Of a DNA stretch of 57,097 nucleotides, positions 17,860-29,500 are shown one piece after another. The translations under genes and the position numbers were made by a program. Numbering within the stretch: the stretch's first letter is position 1; each line of letters opens with the position of its first letter. The notes below the pieces were generated by a model. It worked only from the letters and a program-made list of their open reading frames with translations, did no database searches and was not told the origin of the DNA. The stretch covers positions 1 through 57,097 of the IMG/VR virus record IMGVR_UViG_3300031977_001254, one strand, 5' to 3'. The stretch comes from a virus (Duplodnaviria > Caudoviricetes).

Positions 17860-19059
17860 ATGGAAACTATTGAAGTAAACACAAGCGGACCAAAAGTAGG
17901 TGACGTATTAGATGAACAGAAAGATGACGTAGAGACAACATCAGAATACGAGCCACCAGAAAAAACAGAAACTGCTTCTGAAACTGATTTGCTCGATGGT
18001 CCATTGCGTTATCCTCTTGATCATCAGGATAGATATCAAGCATTCATTAAGTTCAGCCAATATGAGATTGAAGCTGCTACTGGTAGTGACGCTACACAAG
18101 ACGCACTTGAAGGCGGAATAAATGCTACAGCAAAAGCTGTTTCCACAGCTGCTGACGAATCTTCTGGATTTCTTGACTTCGTGGGGGGTTTACTTAGTGA
18201 TGCTGGTGATGCTATTTCAGATGCTATTTTTGGAGATGATGAAGAACCTCAAGACGCTGCCTCGGTTGATGGTAAAGATCCGGATAGTTCACCAATTATA
18301 GTAAACAGACGCGTGACTGGTAAAGGAGATCCAATTACACTATATTTACCAACCGCGTTGACATTTAATGATGGGTTACAATATGATAAACCAGCACTTG
18401 GGTTAGCAGGCGCAACTGCCTTTGAAGCAGCTTCACAAGGCGGTGGAATGTTAGAAGCATTAGGAAATGCAATTACTCAAGAAGCTAAAAGTATGTCCGA
18501 AATGTTTAGTGGTTCTGCAAGTGTGGGCGACTTGGCTAGACTTGGGTCAATTCGTGCTATGTCAAGACTTCCAGGTGCAGGTGCTCTACAAGAAGGTGCT
18601 TCCATTGCCTTCGGCGTAACTCTCAACCCTAATGTACGTGCTTCTTTTAAGGGTGTAACTCTACGTGAATTTACTTTCCAATTTAAGTTTATTCCAAAGT
18701 CTAAAGAAGAATCCAAAGTCGTTGAAGATATTATAAAACGTTTTCGCTATGCTGCATACCCAAATACAATAGCACTAGATGGAACTATCGAAGATGGAGA
18801 CGCATCGGTCGAAACTTCTTTGTCTGCTGGCTATAAGTATCCTGACCTATTTGATATACAAGTTAAATACAAAACAAAGGGGGGAGAAGTTAGAGTAGGT
18901 AATAAATTCCAGAAATGTTTCTTGCAATCAATCTCAACTAATTATAATCCAGGTTCTATGTCATTTCATAAAGATGGTAAACCTGTAGAGATTGACCTGA
19001 CGTTGAACTTTGTAGAAGAAAAAACAATAGACAGAAACTCTATTATGCAAGGATATTAA
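17860..19059 (+). CDS. gp48: Baseplate tail tube cap gp48
   Basis: LRYP, ITLYLP, NP....F.GV..R.F.F.FKF.PKS..E, YP..F.I, L.F.E. Confidence 0.8.
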   Translation: METIEVNTSGPKVGDVLDEQKDDVETTSEYEPPEKTETASETDLLDGPLRYPLDHQDRYQAFIKFSQYEIEAATGSDATQDALEGGINATAKAVSTAADESSGFLDFVGGLLSDAGDAISDAIFGDDEEPQDAASVDGKDPDSSPIIVNRRVTGKGDPITLYLPTALTFNDGLQYDKPALGLAGATAFEAASQGGGMLEALGNAITQEAKSMSEMFSGSASVGDLARLGSIRAMSRLPGAGALQEGASIAFGVTLNPNVRASFKGVTLREFTFQFKFIPKSKEESKVVEDIIKRFRYAAYPNTIALDGTIEDGDASVETSLSAGYKYPDLFDIQVKYKTKGGEVRVGNKFQKCFLQSISTNYNPGSMSFHKDGKPVEIDLTLNFVEEKTIDRNSIMQGY

Positions 19060-19061
19060 TA

Positions 19062-19820
19062 ATGGCATATTTTAGTAAATTCCCTAAAACACTATATTCT
19101 TTTGGAGACGGTAAAGTAGCACTTGCACAGAATTTAACTGTGTATGCCGAAATCATAGACGAATTAAAACAGAATAGTGCTTACTATAAACCATATAATA
19201 TTATAACAGGAGAACGTCCTGATCAAGTAGCATTCAAGTTATATAAAGACCCTAATCTTTATTGGACATTATTCTTATTGAATGACACGTTAAGAGAAAA
19301 GGGATGGCCACTAGATCATTCTGAAGTAATACAAAAAGCTAAAAAAGACTTTCCTGATTATGTTATCCATACTCATGACGAGATCTTTGATAAATTACAA
19401 GTCGGCGAATCAATAATCTGCACTCGTTCTGGTTTACACGGAGACATTGTATATCGTAATTTAAAGAATGGTGATATTACTATTACTAATCTAAGAAAAC
19501 TTCAGGGTGACACATATGTCCCTGTGTTATTCTCGGATACTGATATAAGAGAAGGCGATGAAATAAGAAGCATTAATACTGATGAAACCATTATTGCAGA
19601 GTACTTCACTCCAGAATATTATGCTGCTCGCCACCACATAGACAGCGACGGGAATATTGTTGATTACCTACCATTTACTGGTGTTGGCGAAGATATTGAA
19701 AGAGTAACCAATTTAGAATACTACACTCAAGAAAATGATAAGCTAAAACAAATAAATGTAATTAAACCAATAGTAATCACAAAGGTTGTTAGCGCATTTA
19801 ATGATTCTGTGAGATCGTAA
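19062..19820 (+). CDS. gp53: Baseplate wedge protein gp53
   Basis: YFSKFP, GERPDQVA.KLY, W...L.N....WP, END....I..IKP. Confidence 0.85.
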   Translation: MAYFSKFPKTLYSFGDGKVALAQNLTVYAEIIDELKQNSAYYKPYNIITGERPDQVAFKLYKDPNLYWTLFLLNDTLREKGWPLDHSEVIQKAKKDFPDYVIHTHDEIFDKLQVGESIICTRSGLHGDIVYRNLKNGDITITNLRKLQGDTYVPVLFSDTDIREGDEIRSINTDETIIAEYFTPEYYAARHHIDSDGNIVDYLPFTGVGEDIERVTNLEYYTQENDKLKQINVIKPIVITKVVSAFNDSVRS

Positions 19821-21136
19821 TGAGTAATTTTGCGCCTGAAACTGCCACCCCAGTATTGATTGAAGAAGTACTTATAACTTCTCCGATGAATCCAATTAAA
19901 ATTAATATCGCTAATACTACGGTGGAACTTGAAATATATGAGCATATAGACAAGCCATATACAACTGGATTATTAACTTTTATAGACGGCGACAGGGTAA
20001 TGTCATCACTTAATGTGAGTGGGGCTGAGACTGTAGATATTAAACTTAAAGCCAATACTATCATTTCTAAATCTCGAAACGCTAGATTTTATATTGATCG
20101 AGTTATTACCACCAAGAAAAGTAATGAAAGCAATGAGATGATTCTTCTGCATTTGACTGAAGATATTAACTATCATTCTAATCTACAAAATGTTAACTCT
20201 GCTTATAGTGGTACTCCAACTTCTATAATGAGTAAGATTGCCTCGGATTTCTTAAATACTAAATTTAGTCCAAGCAAAGAACCACCTCAAGCCACGAAAG
20301 TAATTATCCCTAACCTTACTCCATTAAATGCTATGTGTTGGATTAAGAACAAGTTATGTACCGAAAAGGGATATCCGTTCTATATGTTCTCACACTTTGG
20401 TGGTGATGGTTTATACATGGTTGATCTAAAAACCATGATAGATAGACCAGCTATGAATAAGGGTAAACCATATTTGTATTCACAGGCAGTTATATCTGCA
20501 GGTGGCGATGCACCAAACCCAACTGTTATGCGCCGAGTGATGCTAGATTATCAAGTTAATAATACAGAGAATTTGTATAACCTTATAGACCAAGGGATGA
20601 TTGGCGCTACACACCAATCTATAGATGTGACTAAGAATACTAAGTTCGATCATAAACATGATATGAATAAAGTTGTTCAAACCATGGCAGAGGATAACTT
20701 AATAAAACGTAATCCATTATTCTCTGAAAAATATAAGCTTGGTACTGAATCTTATAATAAGATACAAAGCAGACATATATCCCAGATTACAAGTACTGAA
20801 GCATTTGAGGGTTTTAATTCTTATGGCCAAAGTCCTACTAATGGTGAGTATAAATTAAACTCAACTCAAAGGGCAATGGATTCTTTGTTTAAAAAACAAC
20901 CACTAGATATTAAGGTTAATGGACTAGACTTCATAGAAGTTGAGGGAAACAACACTATTGGTAATAAAATAGAAATTAAATTTCCAGCTAACTTAAATGA
21001 TGAAGGTAATAGTTCCGAAAGGTTTGATACTAAAAAATCTGGTGATTATTTAATATATTCAGCTAAACATATTTTCACAACAAATAGCTATGTTGTGTCG
21101 TTAACATGCCTGAAACTTTCAAATGGTGAAGTATGA
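19820..21136 (+). CDS. Baseplate hub protein (gp27-like)
   Basis: IYE.I.KPY.TG, SG.YLI...KH.F; located between gp53 and gp5. Confidence 0.65.
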   Translation: MSNFAPETATPVLIEEVLITSPMNPIKINIANTTVELEIYEHIDKPYTTGLLTFIDGDRVMSSLNVSGAETVDIKLKANTIISKSRNARFYIDRVITTKKSNESNEMILLHLTEDINYHSNLQNVNSAYSGTPTSIMSKIASDFLNTKFSPSKEPPQATKVIIPNLTPLNAMCWIKNKLCTEKGYPFYMFSHFGGDGLYMVDLKTMIDRPAMNKGKPYLYSQAVISAGGDAPNPTVMRRVMLDYQVNNTENLYNLIDQGMIGATHQSIDVTKNTKFDHKHDMNKVVQTMAEDNLIKRNPLFSEKYKLGTESYNKIQSRHISQITSTEAFEGFNSYGQSPTNGEYKLNSTQRAMDSLFKKQPLDIKVNGLDFIEVEGNNTIGNKIEIKFPANLNDEGNSSERFDTKKSGDYLIYSAKHIFTTNSYVVSLTCLKLSNGEV

Positions 21137-21753
21137 TTCCACAAACTTATATTGATTACTATGGTGATGCGGTACGTTGGTTCGTAGGACACGTTGTAGA
21201 CGTCGAGAATGATCCGTTAAAGATCGGTCGTGTCAAAGTAAGGGCGTTGGGCGTATATGATAATATCAAAGACAAAGACCTGCCTTGGGCGCAGATAGTC
21301 GTACCTATTACACAAGGCGTACACGAAGGCAAGGGGCAGTATCTAGGTGTTCTTAAAGACACCCAAGTATTTGGTATATTCTTAGATGGACAAAACTCAC
21401 AACTGCCTATGGTGATAGGAACTATCCCTAAGAAGGGTGATGCTAACGCTAAAGCTGAAGGCAACTATCCATTTAATAAAGTATATGAGACGGAGTCTGG
21501 TCATTATAAAGAATGGGATGATACGGAAGATAATGGGCGAATTAAAGAAGTCCATAGATCAGGTTCGTATTATGAATTCATGCATGATGGTTCACGTACT
21601 ACTCTTATCCAAGAAAATGACACTTTAGTAATAACAGGAAACATGAATATTGTTGTCATAGGTGATGCTAATATTAGCTGTAATAACACTGTTAACCTTC
21701 AAGGAAAGAATGTTAATATTAGTGCGGGCGAAGAAATTAGAATTAATTCATAG
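21133..21753 (+). CDS. gp5: Central spike gp5 (OB fold plus short beta-helix, no lysozyme domain)
   Basis: WF.G.V....DPL..GRVKVR, LPWA, VFG.FLDG, YP.N.V.ETESGH..E.DD. Confidence 0.9.
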   Translation: MIPQTYIDYYGDAVRWFVGHVVDVENDPLKIGRVKVRALGVYDNIKDKDLPWAQIVVPITQGVHEGKGQYLGVLKDTQVFGIFLDGQNSQLPMVIGTIPKKGDANAKAEGNYPFNKVYETESGHYKEWDDTEDNGRIKEVHRSGSYYEFMHDGSRTTLIQENDTLVITGNMNIVVIGDANISCNNTVNLQGKNVNISAGEEIRINS

Positions 21754-21761
21754 GAAATATT

Positions 21762-21956
21762 ATGTTAGATATAGATGCGAGTATTGCTGATGCGCTAAGA
21801 GACCAGAACAATCGTGAAGACGCTTCTGGTTTAATGACAGCAAAAATGATTTGGACTGGAACTCAAGCAGAGTATGATGAACTTGATAGTTACGATGACC
21901 AGATGTTGTACTTTATTGTGGCTGAAACTGGCACAGGTTCTGTTGCTTCAAGTTAA
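21762..21956 (+). CDS. Small virion protein with upper-tail-fibre motif
   Basis: IWTGTQAEYD.L..YD...LYFI. Confidence 0.6.
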   Translation: MLDIDASIADALRDQNNREDASGLMTAKMIWTGTQAEYDELDSYDDQMLYFIVAETGTGSVASS

Positions 21957-21965
21957 GGAATTATA

Positions 21966-23345
21966 ATGGCGTCTATTCAAAAGGTATATCTTGGTTCTAA
22001 ACAGATAAAAACAATATATCTTGGTGAAGAAATTGTTACGATGGGTATCGGCTCGGACGCAACGTCGGGCGGTATCTTCACGCCTGACTTACCTTCAATT
22101 CCTAATCCTGTAGCTTCGATGGTTCCGAAGATACCAAACTCTAATCTAAAATCAACTACCTCTCAAGGACTTGCCGTACTTGGTCAACTTGGACTTGATT
22201 CTAGCATACTCACCGCTACAATCGAAATACCTTGTGACGGTGGGTTCCCAACGAAAGCTGATATTGTCAATGAGTTTAATAAGATAGCTCAGATTCCTGG
22301 GAAACTTAAACAAGCATTGATAGAGAAGGCTGAGGATCTTACTGAAGACGTCGTAGCTGACATCAGGGCGCTTATTAAAGACGTAGAGGAATTAGTTAAG
22401 AAGATTGAAGATTTACTCTCTCCGTATTGGGAGAAGGGTAAGATTCGTAATTGGCAGAAAGAAGCGAAAGACGCTTGGGATGAATTGATTCAAGAGTTTC
22501 ATATATTCATTCCTGTCAAGATGTTAGAAATGATTAGTAAGCTAATACCAATTGACTTCAATATTAACATTCTTGGTATCGAGATTAACTTACTCAAGAT
22601 ATTCACTGAAGAAGAACAAACACGAATCAAGACTGAAATCATTAAAAAGATTCCAAAACTACCTGACCCATATGATAGAATGTTCAACGGTGAGTTTGGC
22701 GTTGTTTGTGATGAATGGCGAGCAAAGTACACTTGGCAATATATCAAGAATGAAATCATTCAATGGTGTACCAACGCTTTATTTAAAGCATTTGAAGCAT
22801 TAATCAAAAAGTTTAAGAAGATATGGAAGGCATTAGGTCTCCCAGCAATCCCTGACATTCTATCATTTGACATTGATGCTTGGATGAAGGAACTTATAGA
22901 CAGGCTAAAAGAAGAAGCGTTGGCCAAGGTCAGGGCAATACAAGAAGAACTCGAGGGATATCTCCAACAAGCCGAGAAATTCGCTGAAGATGTCCAGGAA
23001 AAAATAACTAAGCTTCAAGAAGATATAAAGAACTTTAGTGTCACAGGGTACATTATATCTGAACTTGAACAGGTAGAAATATTTGATAAGAAGCTGATTG
23101 ATATAATCGGTGGACCAATAGACGAAAACGTAAAGACTGGTGAAGAGATCATTGCTGACCTAATGAGACAAGCTAAAGAATGGTTTGCTCAGTGGCAGAA
23201 AGAGTTGTTTATGATGTGGGTCAGAAAGATTAAAAAGTTTTTGAAGAAAATTGGACTGGATAAACTGCTTGAACTACTCACCCTAGACTTCTGTGATGTA
23301 TTAAAACTCATAGGAATCCCAACCACGTTTACTTTTTCTGTATAA
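21966..23345 (+). CDS. Hypothetical helical protein in baseplate module (459 aa)
   Basis: Long ORF, AAGGA SD, amphipathic Lys/Trp-rich helices. Confidence 0.75.
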   Translation: MASIQKVYLGSKQIKTIYLGEEIVTMGIGSDATSGGIFTPDLPSIPNPVASMVPKIPNSNLKSTTSQGLAVLGQLGLDSSILTATIEIPCDGGFPTKADIVNEFNKIAQIPGKLKQALIEKAEDLTEDVVADIRALIKDVEELVKKIEDLLSPYWEKGKIRNWQKEAKDAWDELIQEFHIFIPVKMLEMISKLIPIDFNINILGIEINLLKIFTEEEQTRIKTEIIKKIPKLPDPYDRMFNGEFGVVCDEWRAKYTWQYIKNEIIQWCTNALFKAFEALIKKFKKIWKALGLPAIPDILSFDIDAWMKELIDRLKEEALAKVRAIQEELEGYLQQAEKFAEDVQEKITKLQEDIKNFSVTGYIISELEQVEIFDKKLIDIIGGPIDENVKTGEEIIADLMRQAKEWFAQWQKELFMMWVRKIKKFLKKIGLDKLLELLTLDFCDVLKLIGIPTTFTFSV

Positions 23346-23348
23346 ATA
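23341..23348 (+). promoter_or_regulatory. Late promoter
   Basis: TATAAATA upstream of gp25. Confidence 0.75.
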
Positions 23349-23372
23349 AAACAAAAAGAGTTTAACACTACT

Positions 23373-23816
23373 ATGGCAAAAGCATTTTCTATCGAAGATG
23401 GTAACTTGTCAAATAAACCAATCACTACTACTAAGTCAAGAACTTATAAAGATATTGATTGCTCATTTGAAAAGAAACTAACTTCTGGTGACATCTATAA
23501 AAAAACAGACGCAGATGCTGTGAAGCAATCTGTGCGTAATCTATTGCTCACCAATAAAGGAGAAAAGCCCTTTCAGCCATACTTCGGTTCACGTCTTCAG
23601 CGTCTAATGTTTTCATTGGATATGGAAACAGACGAGAGTGACGTTGAAGATATTGTTCGTGAGGCAATCAAAAACTATGAGCCAAGAGCAACAGTGTTGA
23701 AAGTAAAGGCTAATTTTTCACCAGATTATAATTCTGCTAACGTTACTGTGTTCTTAAGAATCCGTAATACGATGCAAGATGTGTCAGTGACAGTAACTAT
23801 TGCGAGGGTACGATAA
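23373..23816 (+). CDS. gp25: Baseplate wedge subunit gp25
   Basis: YKDID, AVKQSVRNLLLT..GEKPF.P.FGS, I.NYEPR. Confidence 0.9.
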   Translation: MAKAFSIEDGNLSNKPITTTKSRTYKDIDCSFEKKLTSGDIYKKTDADAVKQSVRNLLLTNKGEKPFQPYFGSRLQRLMFSLDMETDESDVEDIVREAIKNYEPRATVLKVKANFSPDYNSANVTVFLRIRNTMQDVSVTVTIARVR

Positions 23817-25586
23817 ATGTCAATCTCAACTTCTGATCTAGATTTTGAAAAGATTAAAACTAAGTTAAAAACATACTTCAAACAAAGTGATGAGTTTACG
23901 GATTATGATTTTGACGCGAGCGGTCTTTCTAACATACTAGACGTGCTTGCATATAACACACATGTAAATGGCTTGACCGCTAATATGGCGATCAATGAGT
24001 CTTTTTTGTCTACTGCGCAACTAAGGTCTTCCATACTACATCACGCAGAAGCGCTTGGATATTATCCAAAGTCAGCAACCGCTTCATCTGCATACCTTAA
24101 TGTATCTGTAAATATACCAAGTGGTCCAGGAAGAATAGTACTGCCAGAGAATACGCAATTTAGAGCAGATGCTAATGAGAATTCATTTATCTTCAGATCA
24201 GTCTCTAACGTTGGCGCACCAAAGATTGACGGCACATATACATTTGACATTCAAGTTAAAGAAGGCGAACCAAAAGTAAGAACTTTTGTGGTCGGCGCTC
24301 ATGATGATGATCAGGTATTTGTTATTCCAGATGAGAATCTAGATAGCAGCACTGTTGTAGTTAAAGTATTTGATAACTTCAACACAGTAAACTATACTCC
24401 TTATGTTAATGTAAATGAAGCGCTTACTATAAACGAAGATTCTAACGTTTATATGTTAAGAGAAGTTGCTAAAGGTCATTATGAATTATTCTTTGGTGAT
24501 GGCAATGTGTTGGGTAAAGCTCCAGTCGCAGGTAATAAGATACGTGTAGAATATTTATCTACTCGAGGTGCTGCTGCAAACACAGCTAGTGATTTCATCG
24601 GAAGTCTATTATCTGTAGGCGCAGAAGAATATCCTATTGTAGTAAATCAGGCAACTGAATCATCAGGCGGTTCGGATAAAGAATCCAACGCATCAATTAA
24701 AAGAAATGCTCCTGCATTACACGCTACTCAAAAGAGATTAGTTACTGCTCAAGATTATAAATCTTTAATTGGTTCTACGTTCTCTCAGTATCTTGATGAT
24801 GTGGTTGCTTGGGGCGGAGAGGACAATGATCCTCCTAAGTTTGGTACAGTATTCGCTTCACTTAACTTTAAAGATGGGTTGAGCGATCAAGCAAAGACAG
24901 AGGTTCAGAGATTAATTAAAGACCAATTGACTTCCAACGTTTCTATAATGTCTATTGATACTGAATTTGTAGATCCTAATTTCTCTTACCTTGAATTATC
25001 TGTATCTTTTAACATAGACACATCAAAGACTACCTTGTCAGCTCAGTCTGCAGAAATACAGGTGAGTCAATTAGTACAAGCGTACTTTACAAATAACTTA
25101 GAAACGTTTGATGCTACATTTAGACGTTCTAATATTCTTTCCCGTATAGATGATATCTCTCCAGCGATTCTAAATTCTAGAATGGATGTTAAGCTACAGC
25201 AACGCATTGACGATGTGTTGGCTGGTTATGATAAGAACTATACGTTGACATATCCTGTTTCTTTATCTTCTCCTGATAAAGACCACCATGTTATAACAAC
25301 ATCTGTTATTAGGTCGTTAGGGCAAGATGTAATTATTAAAAATGAGTTAGGTTCAACTAGACTACAAATGCTCAATATGGACAATGAGGTAGTGTTGGTG
25401 AATATCGGCGAATATGATCCTGTTACGGGCGTTGTTAATATCAACGCATTGAACGTTGAAAGCAATGATGTAATCAAGGTGAGTGTAATTCCTGCTAACA
25501 CAAGTACAATAAAACCACCAAGGAACTATATACTTTCATTAGACGCTAACATGTTAAATGTCTCTGGTGTTAGAGAGGATTCATAA
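23817..25586 (+). CDS. gp6: Baseplate wedge subunit gp6
   Basis: LDF..IK..L..Y......FTDYDF..SGL..LLD.LAYNTH, ESFL.TAQLRSS, R.VT..DY, WGGEDN.PP. Confidence 0.92.
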   Translation: MSISTSDLDFEKIKTKLKTYFKQSDEFTDYDFDASGLSNILDVLAYNTHVNGLTANMAINESFLSTAQLRSSILHHAEALGYYPKSATASSAYLNVSVNIPSGPGRIVLPENTQFRADANENSFIFRSVSNVGAPKIDGTYTFDIQVKEGEPKVRTFVVGAHDDDQVFVIPDENLDSSTVVVKVFDNFNTVNYTPYVNVNEALTINEDSNVYMLREVAKGHYELFFGDGNVLGKAPVAGNKIRVEYLSTRGAAANTASDFIGSLLSVGAEEYPIVVNQATESSGGSDKESNASIKRNAPALHATQKRLVTAQDYKSLIGSTFSQYLDDVVAWGGEDNDPPKFGTVFASLNFKDGLSDQAKTEVQRLIKDQLTSNVSIMSIDTEFVDPNFSYLELSVSFNIDTSKTTLSAQSAEIQVSQLVQAYFTNNLETFDATFRRSNILSRIDDISPAILNSRMDVKLQQRIDDVLAGYDKNYTLTYPVSLSSPDKDHHVITTSVIRSLGQDVIIKNELGSTRLQMLNMDNEVVLVNIGEYDPVTGVVNINALNVESNDVIKVSVIPANTSTIKPPRNYILSLDANMLNVSGVREDS

Positions 25587-26506
25587 TGGCAGACTTTAGA
25601 AACAACACAAGAAGGTTGCCGACAAAGTTCCATCAAAGTCTTGTTTCCCACATTTTACCTGAGATATTTTCTCAGGATTATCCTAAACTTATATCCTTCT
25701 TAGAAACTTATTATGAGTATGAAGGTGATTTAGGAGAACAATCATTTGACTCTATTATCCGTGAGTTATTTGATATAAGAGATATTTCTTCAACTTCGCT
25801 AGAACACCTTGATTATATCCTATATGAGATTGGTGATGGCTTAGACCATACTCAGTTTGCTGCTAATCCTAGATTGATGGCCAAATTAGTCTCTGCTTTG
25901 TATAGAGCAAAGGGTACACAAATATCTGCTGAGCAGTTCTTCAAGTCATTTTATAATGAGGCTGTTGAGGTTGTGTATCCAAAGTACAACTTATTTGTAC
26001 TCAACTCAAGCTTGATTGGACCACAGTACTTACACTTCATACAAGATGATAAGCGATATCAAATATTCTCTGTTGTTTTGAAAACAGGGTTATCAATATC
26101 TGATTATGAGAAGTTATATAAAAAGTTTATACACCCAGCTGGCTGGCATTTGTCAGCAGATGTTGTTACACAATCAAACGTTGATGTTAATATTTCGGCA
26201 GGTGAACCTGTAGATCCGCTAGAAATACCTAATTATCCAATTGTAATGGGTAACTCTGTAGACGTCGACGCGAATGTTGAATATACATTACTTACTATGA
26301 GGGAGACAGATGTTGCTGATGCTGATATCATTATTAGTTCAGTACCGTTAATGTCAACATATGCAGACCAATCATTTGAATCACTACAAACCGAAGGGTA
26401 TCAAACGTTTGGTGATTTAGTTGACCTTAATACACCAGCAACAATCGATGCTGCTATTTCAGCATCTAGCGTGACACAAACGTTAGATGAAGACGAATAC
26501 AAATAA
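25586..26506 (+). CDS. Baseplate wedge protein, gp7-like
   Basis: LP.....YP..I.FL..YY, LYRAKGT, IQD...YQ.FS, HPAG. Confidence 0.7.
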   Translation: MADFRNNTRRLPTKFHQSLVSHILPEIFSQDYPKLISFLETYYEYEGDLGEQSFDSIIRELFDIRDISSTSLEHLDYILYEIGDGLDHTQFAANPRLMAKLVSALYRAKGTQISAEQFFKSFYNEAVEVVYPKYNLFVLNSSLIGPQYLHFIQDDKRYQIFSVVLKTGLSISDYEKLYKKFIHPAGWHLSADVVTQSNVDVNISAGEPVDPLEIPNYPIVMGNSVDVDANVEYTLLTMRETDVADADIIISSVPLMSTYADQSFESLQTEGYQTFGDLVDLNTPATIDAAISASSVTQTLDEDEYK

Positions 26507-26517
26507 AGAGAACTAAA

Positions 26518-29500
26518 ATGGCTAGACTTATTCTTAATACTGGTATTGGGGCAAACGACGGGAGCGGTGATACGCTACGCGATGCAACCAATAAAATAAA
26601 CGCTAACTTTACCGAGCTATACAGTCTTGTATCGCTTGGTGATGGACTTACACCTGAAGCTCTATCTGCAATGATACTTGACACTGTAAATGAACAGTTG
26701 GTCAACGTCGATGTAGAAAATTCTCCGAGCGTGGTAACATTAGGCGACCGTATAACACAGCACGATTCAATCCTAACTCAATTGCAGCAAGAAGTCTCCT
26801 TACTTGACTCGGAAAATACTGCGCTTGATGTTATATTGTCAGACCAAGCTATCCAAGTCGCATCACTATCCGCACTACTAGATCTCAATGAAGATGCTTT
26901 GAGTGAAGTCGCAGCAAGAATAACTTCTCTTGAAAATACTGATGTATCGGTATCTGACTCTGATGTTCAAGCAGCAGTAGCAGTAGCGGTCGCAGAACTT
27001 AATGCTCGTCTTGCAGCTGACTCTGATGCGTTAACTGCTCTTGCCAATAACTTTAATCTGTTATCATCGCAAGCAACTCAGACGGATAATGAGGTTGAAT
27101 CTCTAGCTCAACAGATTAGTGTATTGGGCGCAGCGCTTGATGCGGTTGATTCTGATTACATTCTTGACGCAACGAATACAGCATTATCTGCTCTTACAAC
27201 TAGAATAAACCAAGATAGTGATTCACTTACAACCCTAGCCAACCAAGTGACTCAACTATCAACTCAGCTTAGTAATCTTGATATTAACGGAGATGCACTT
27301 ACCGCTACAGCTGACCTATTCAATCAAGTACATAGTCGTATTGACCTTGATAGCGCAAGATTAGATGTTGTCTCTCAAGACCTTACTACTTTACAATCTA
27401 CTCTTTCTACAGATATCGTAGACGCAACTGCAGCTTTACAAGGTACGTTGACCACACAAATAAGTGATGTTGATAGCGACTTAGCCATACTAGCACAAGA
27501 CTTAGTACAACTAGAAGCTGACCTACAAGGCGATATAACATCAGCGGTATCAACGGCTGAGTTACAGCTAAACACTCGTATAGATCAAGACAGTGCTGCC
27601 CTACAAGCAGTTTCACAACAACTTATTCAACTTGAAACTGATTTCCAATCATTGGATATTTCAGGTCAAGCAATTGCAGCAACATCATCTGCGGTTAATA
27701 ATTTACAAACTCAGATTACCGCTACTGATAGCGATGTAACCGCATTATCGCAAGACTTAACTGAACTGTCAAGTCAATTAGACACTTTAGATATAGCAGG
27801 CGAAGCAGTTGCTGCCACAGCCGACGCTATTAACAATCTACAGACTCAGATTACTGCGAGTGATAGTGGAATTGAAACTGTCGCGAATGATGTGACTACA
27901 TTAGAAGCATCATTAACTTCTACGCAAAATAACTTGACTTCTACGTCAAATGCGTTACAATCATTAGAGACTCGAGTAAATCAAGATAGTGATCGACTCA
28001 CTTCAGAATCTTCAAGGCTAACTCAACTAGAAACTGTGGTACAAGCCATTGATTCTGACTTCCTATTATCAGGAACTGCAGCTGCTCGTGATGAATTACG
28101 TACATTAATAGAGCAGGGTGATAGCGCGATTGCTTTACTTGCCGAAGATATTACGACTCTTGAAGTTGCTCTTGCTAACGCTGGACTAGATTCAGCATTC
28201 GTTTCAGACTTAGTTGCTTCCGCAGAACAAACATTAAATGCTCGTATAGATGCAACGGATAGTTCTTTATCAGCTGTATCTTCAGATGTGACTACACTCA
28301 CAGCAGACCTTGCTCAACTAGAAACTGACTTATCTGGCTTAGACTTATCAGGTATTGATGCGAATGCGACAGCGCTTAACGATCTTACTGCCCGTGTAGA
28401 TGTTACTGATAGTGGTTTATCATCACTTGCTTCGGACGTTACTAGCCTATCTGCTACGGTTGATGGATTAGATTTCTCTGGCATATCAGCTAATGCTACT
28501 GCAATTGATGCCTTAGAAGTATCTGTTTTAGAAACAGACAGCGCTCTCACAGCAGTTGCTCAAGACGTTACTCAACTAGCAATTGACTTGAATGACCTAG
28601 ATGGTCGTGCTGCAAGCGCTACTGCGTTGAACAACTTAACGACTCGTGTAACATCTACCGAATCATCTATTATATCAAACGCTTCTGATATTACTACGCT
28701 TCAGACTCAAGTAGACAACATTGATGTTGCAGGGGAAGCGGTTGCTGCTACAGCAGACGCAATTACTAATTTACAAACACAGATTACCGCTACTGATAGT
28801 GACTTATCAGTCGTCGCTTCGGATGTAACTCAATTATCAGCAGACCTATCGGGTATTGATCTATCTGGAATTACCGCAAACGCTGATGCTATAACATCAC
28901 TCACTACTCGTGTTGACGCTGACTCTGACTCTCTATCTGTAGTTGCTTCAGATGTTACTCAGCTACAAGCTGACTTGGGTGCAATTGACTTATCAGGTAT
29001 TGCTGCGAATGCTACAGCGCTTGAGTCTCTTGAGACTCGTGTTGATCAAGATAGCGATTCACTTTCTACAGTCGCAAGTCGTGTAACTTCTCTTGAAGCA
29101 ACATTAGCTGAAGGTTTGGACTCAGACGAGATTCTACAAGCAGTTGGCGGAGCGCTTGCTTCTCTAGAAACACGTGTTGATCAAGATAGTGATGCCCTTG
29201 TAATTCTATCCCAAGACGTTACTACATTAAGCGGTTCTTTAGTTGATGCACAAAACGATATCGTAGCGAACACTAATGCTCAAAATGTATTGAGTAATCG
29301 TATTACTGCTACTGATAGTGACTTGATTGCTGTTGCTTCGGACGTTACTCGTTTAGAAGCTGACCTTGGTTCAATTGACTTATCTGGCATCCAAGCAAAT
29401 GCTACTGCCATACAAGGTCTATCAACTACCGTCCAAGATAACATCAATGGTATCAGTACTGTATCGCAATCAGTTACTCAACTTGAAGCAGAGTTTGATG

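Noticed and set aside
17808-17882. N-terminal extension of gp4 in the ORF track
   Set aside because: Spans both late promoters; conserved gp4 sequence begins at ATG 17807.
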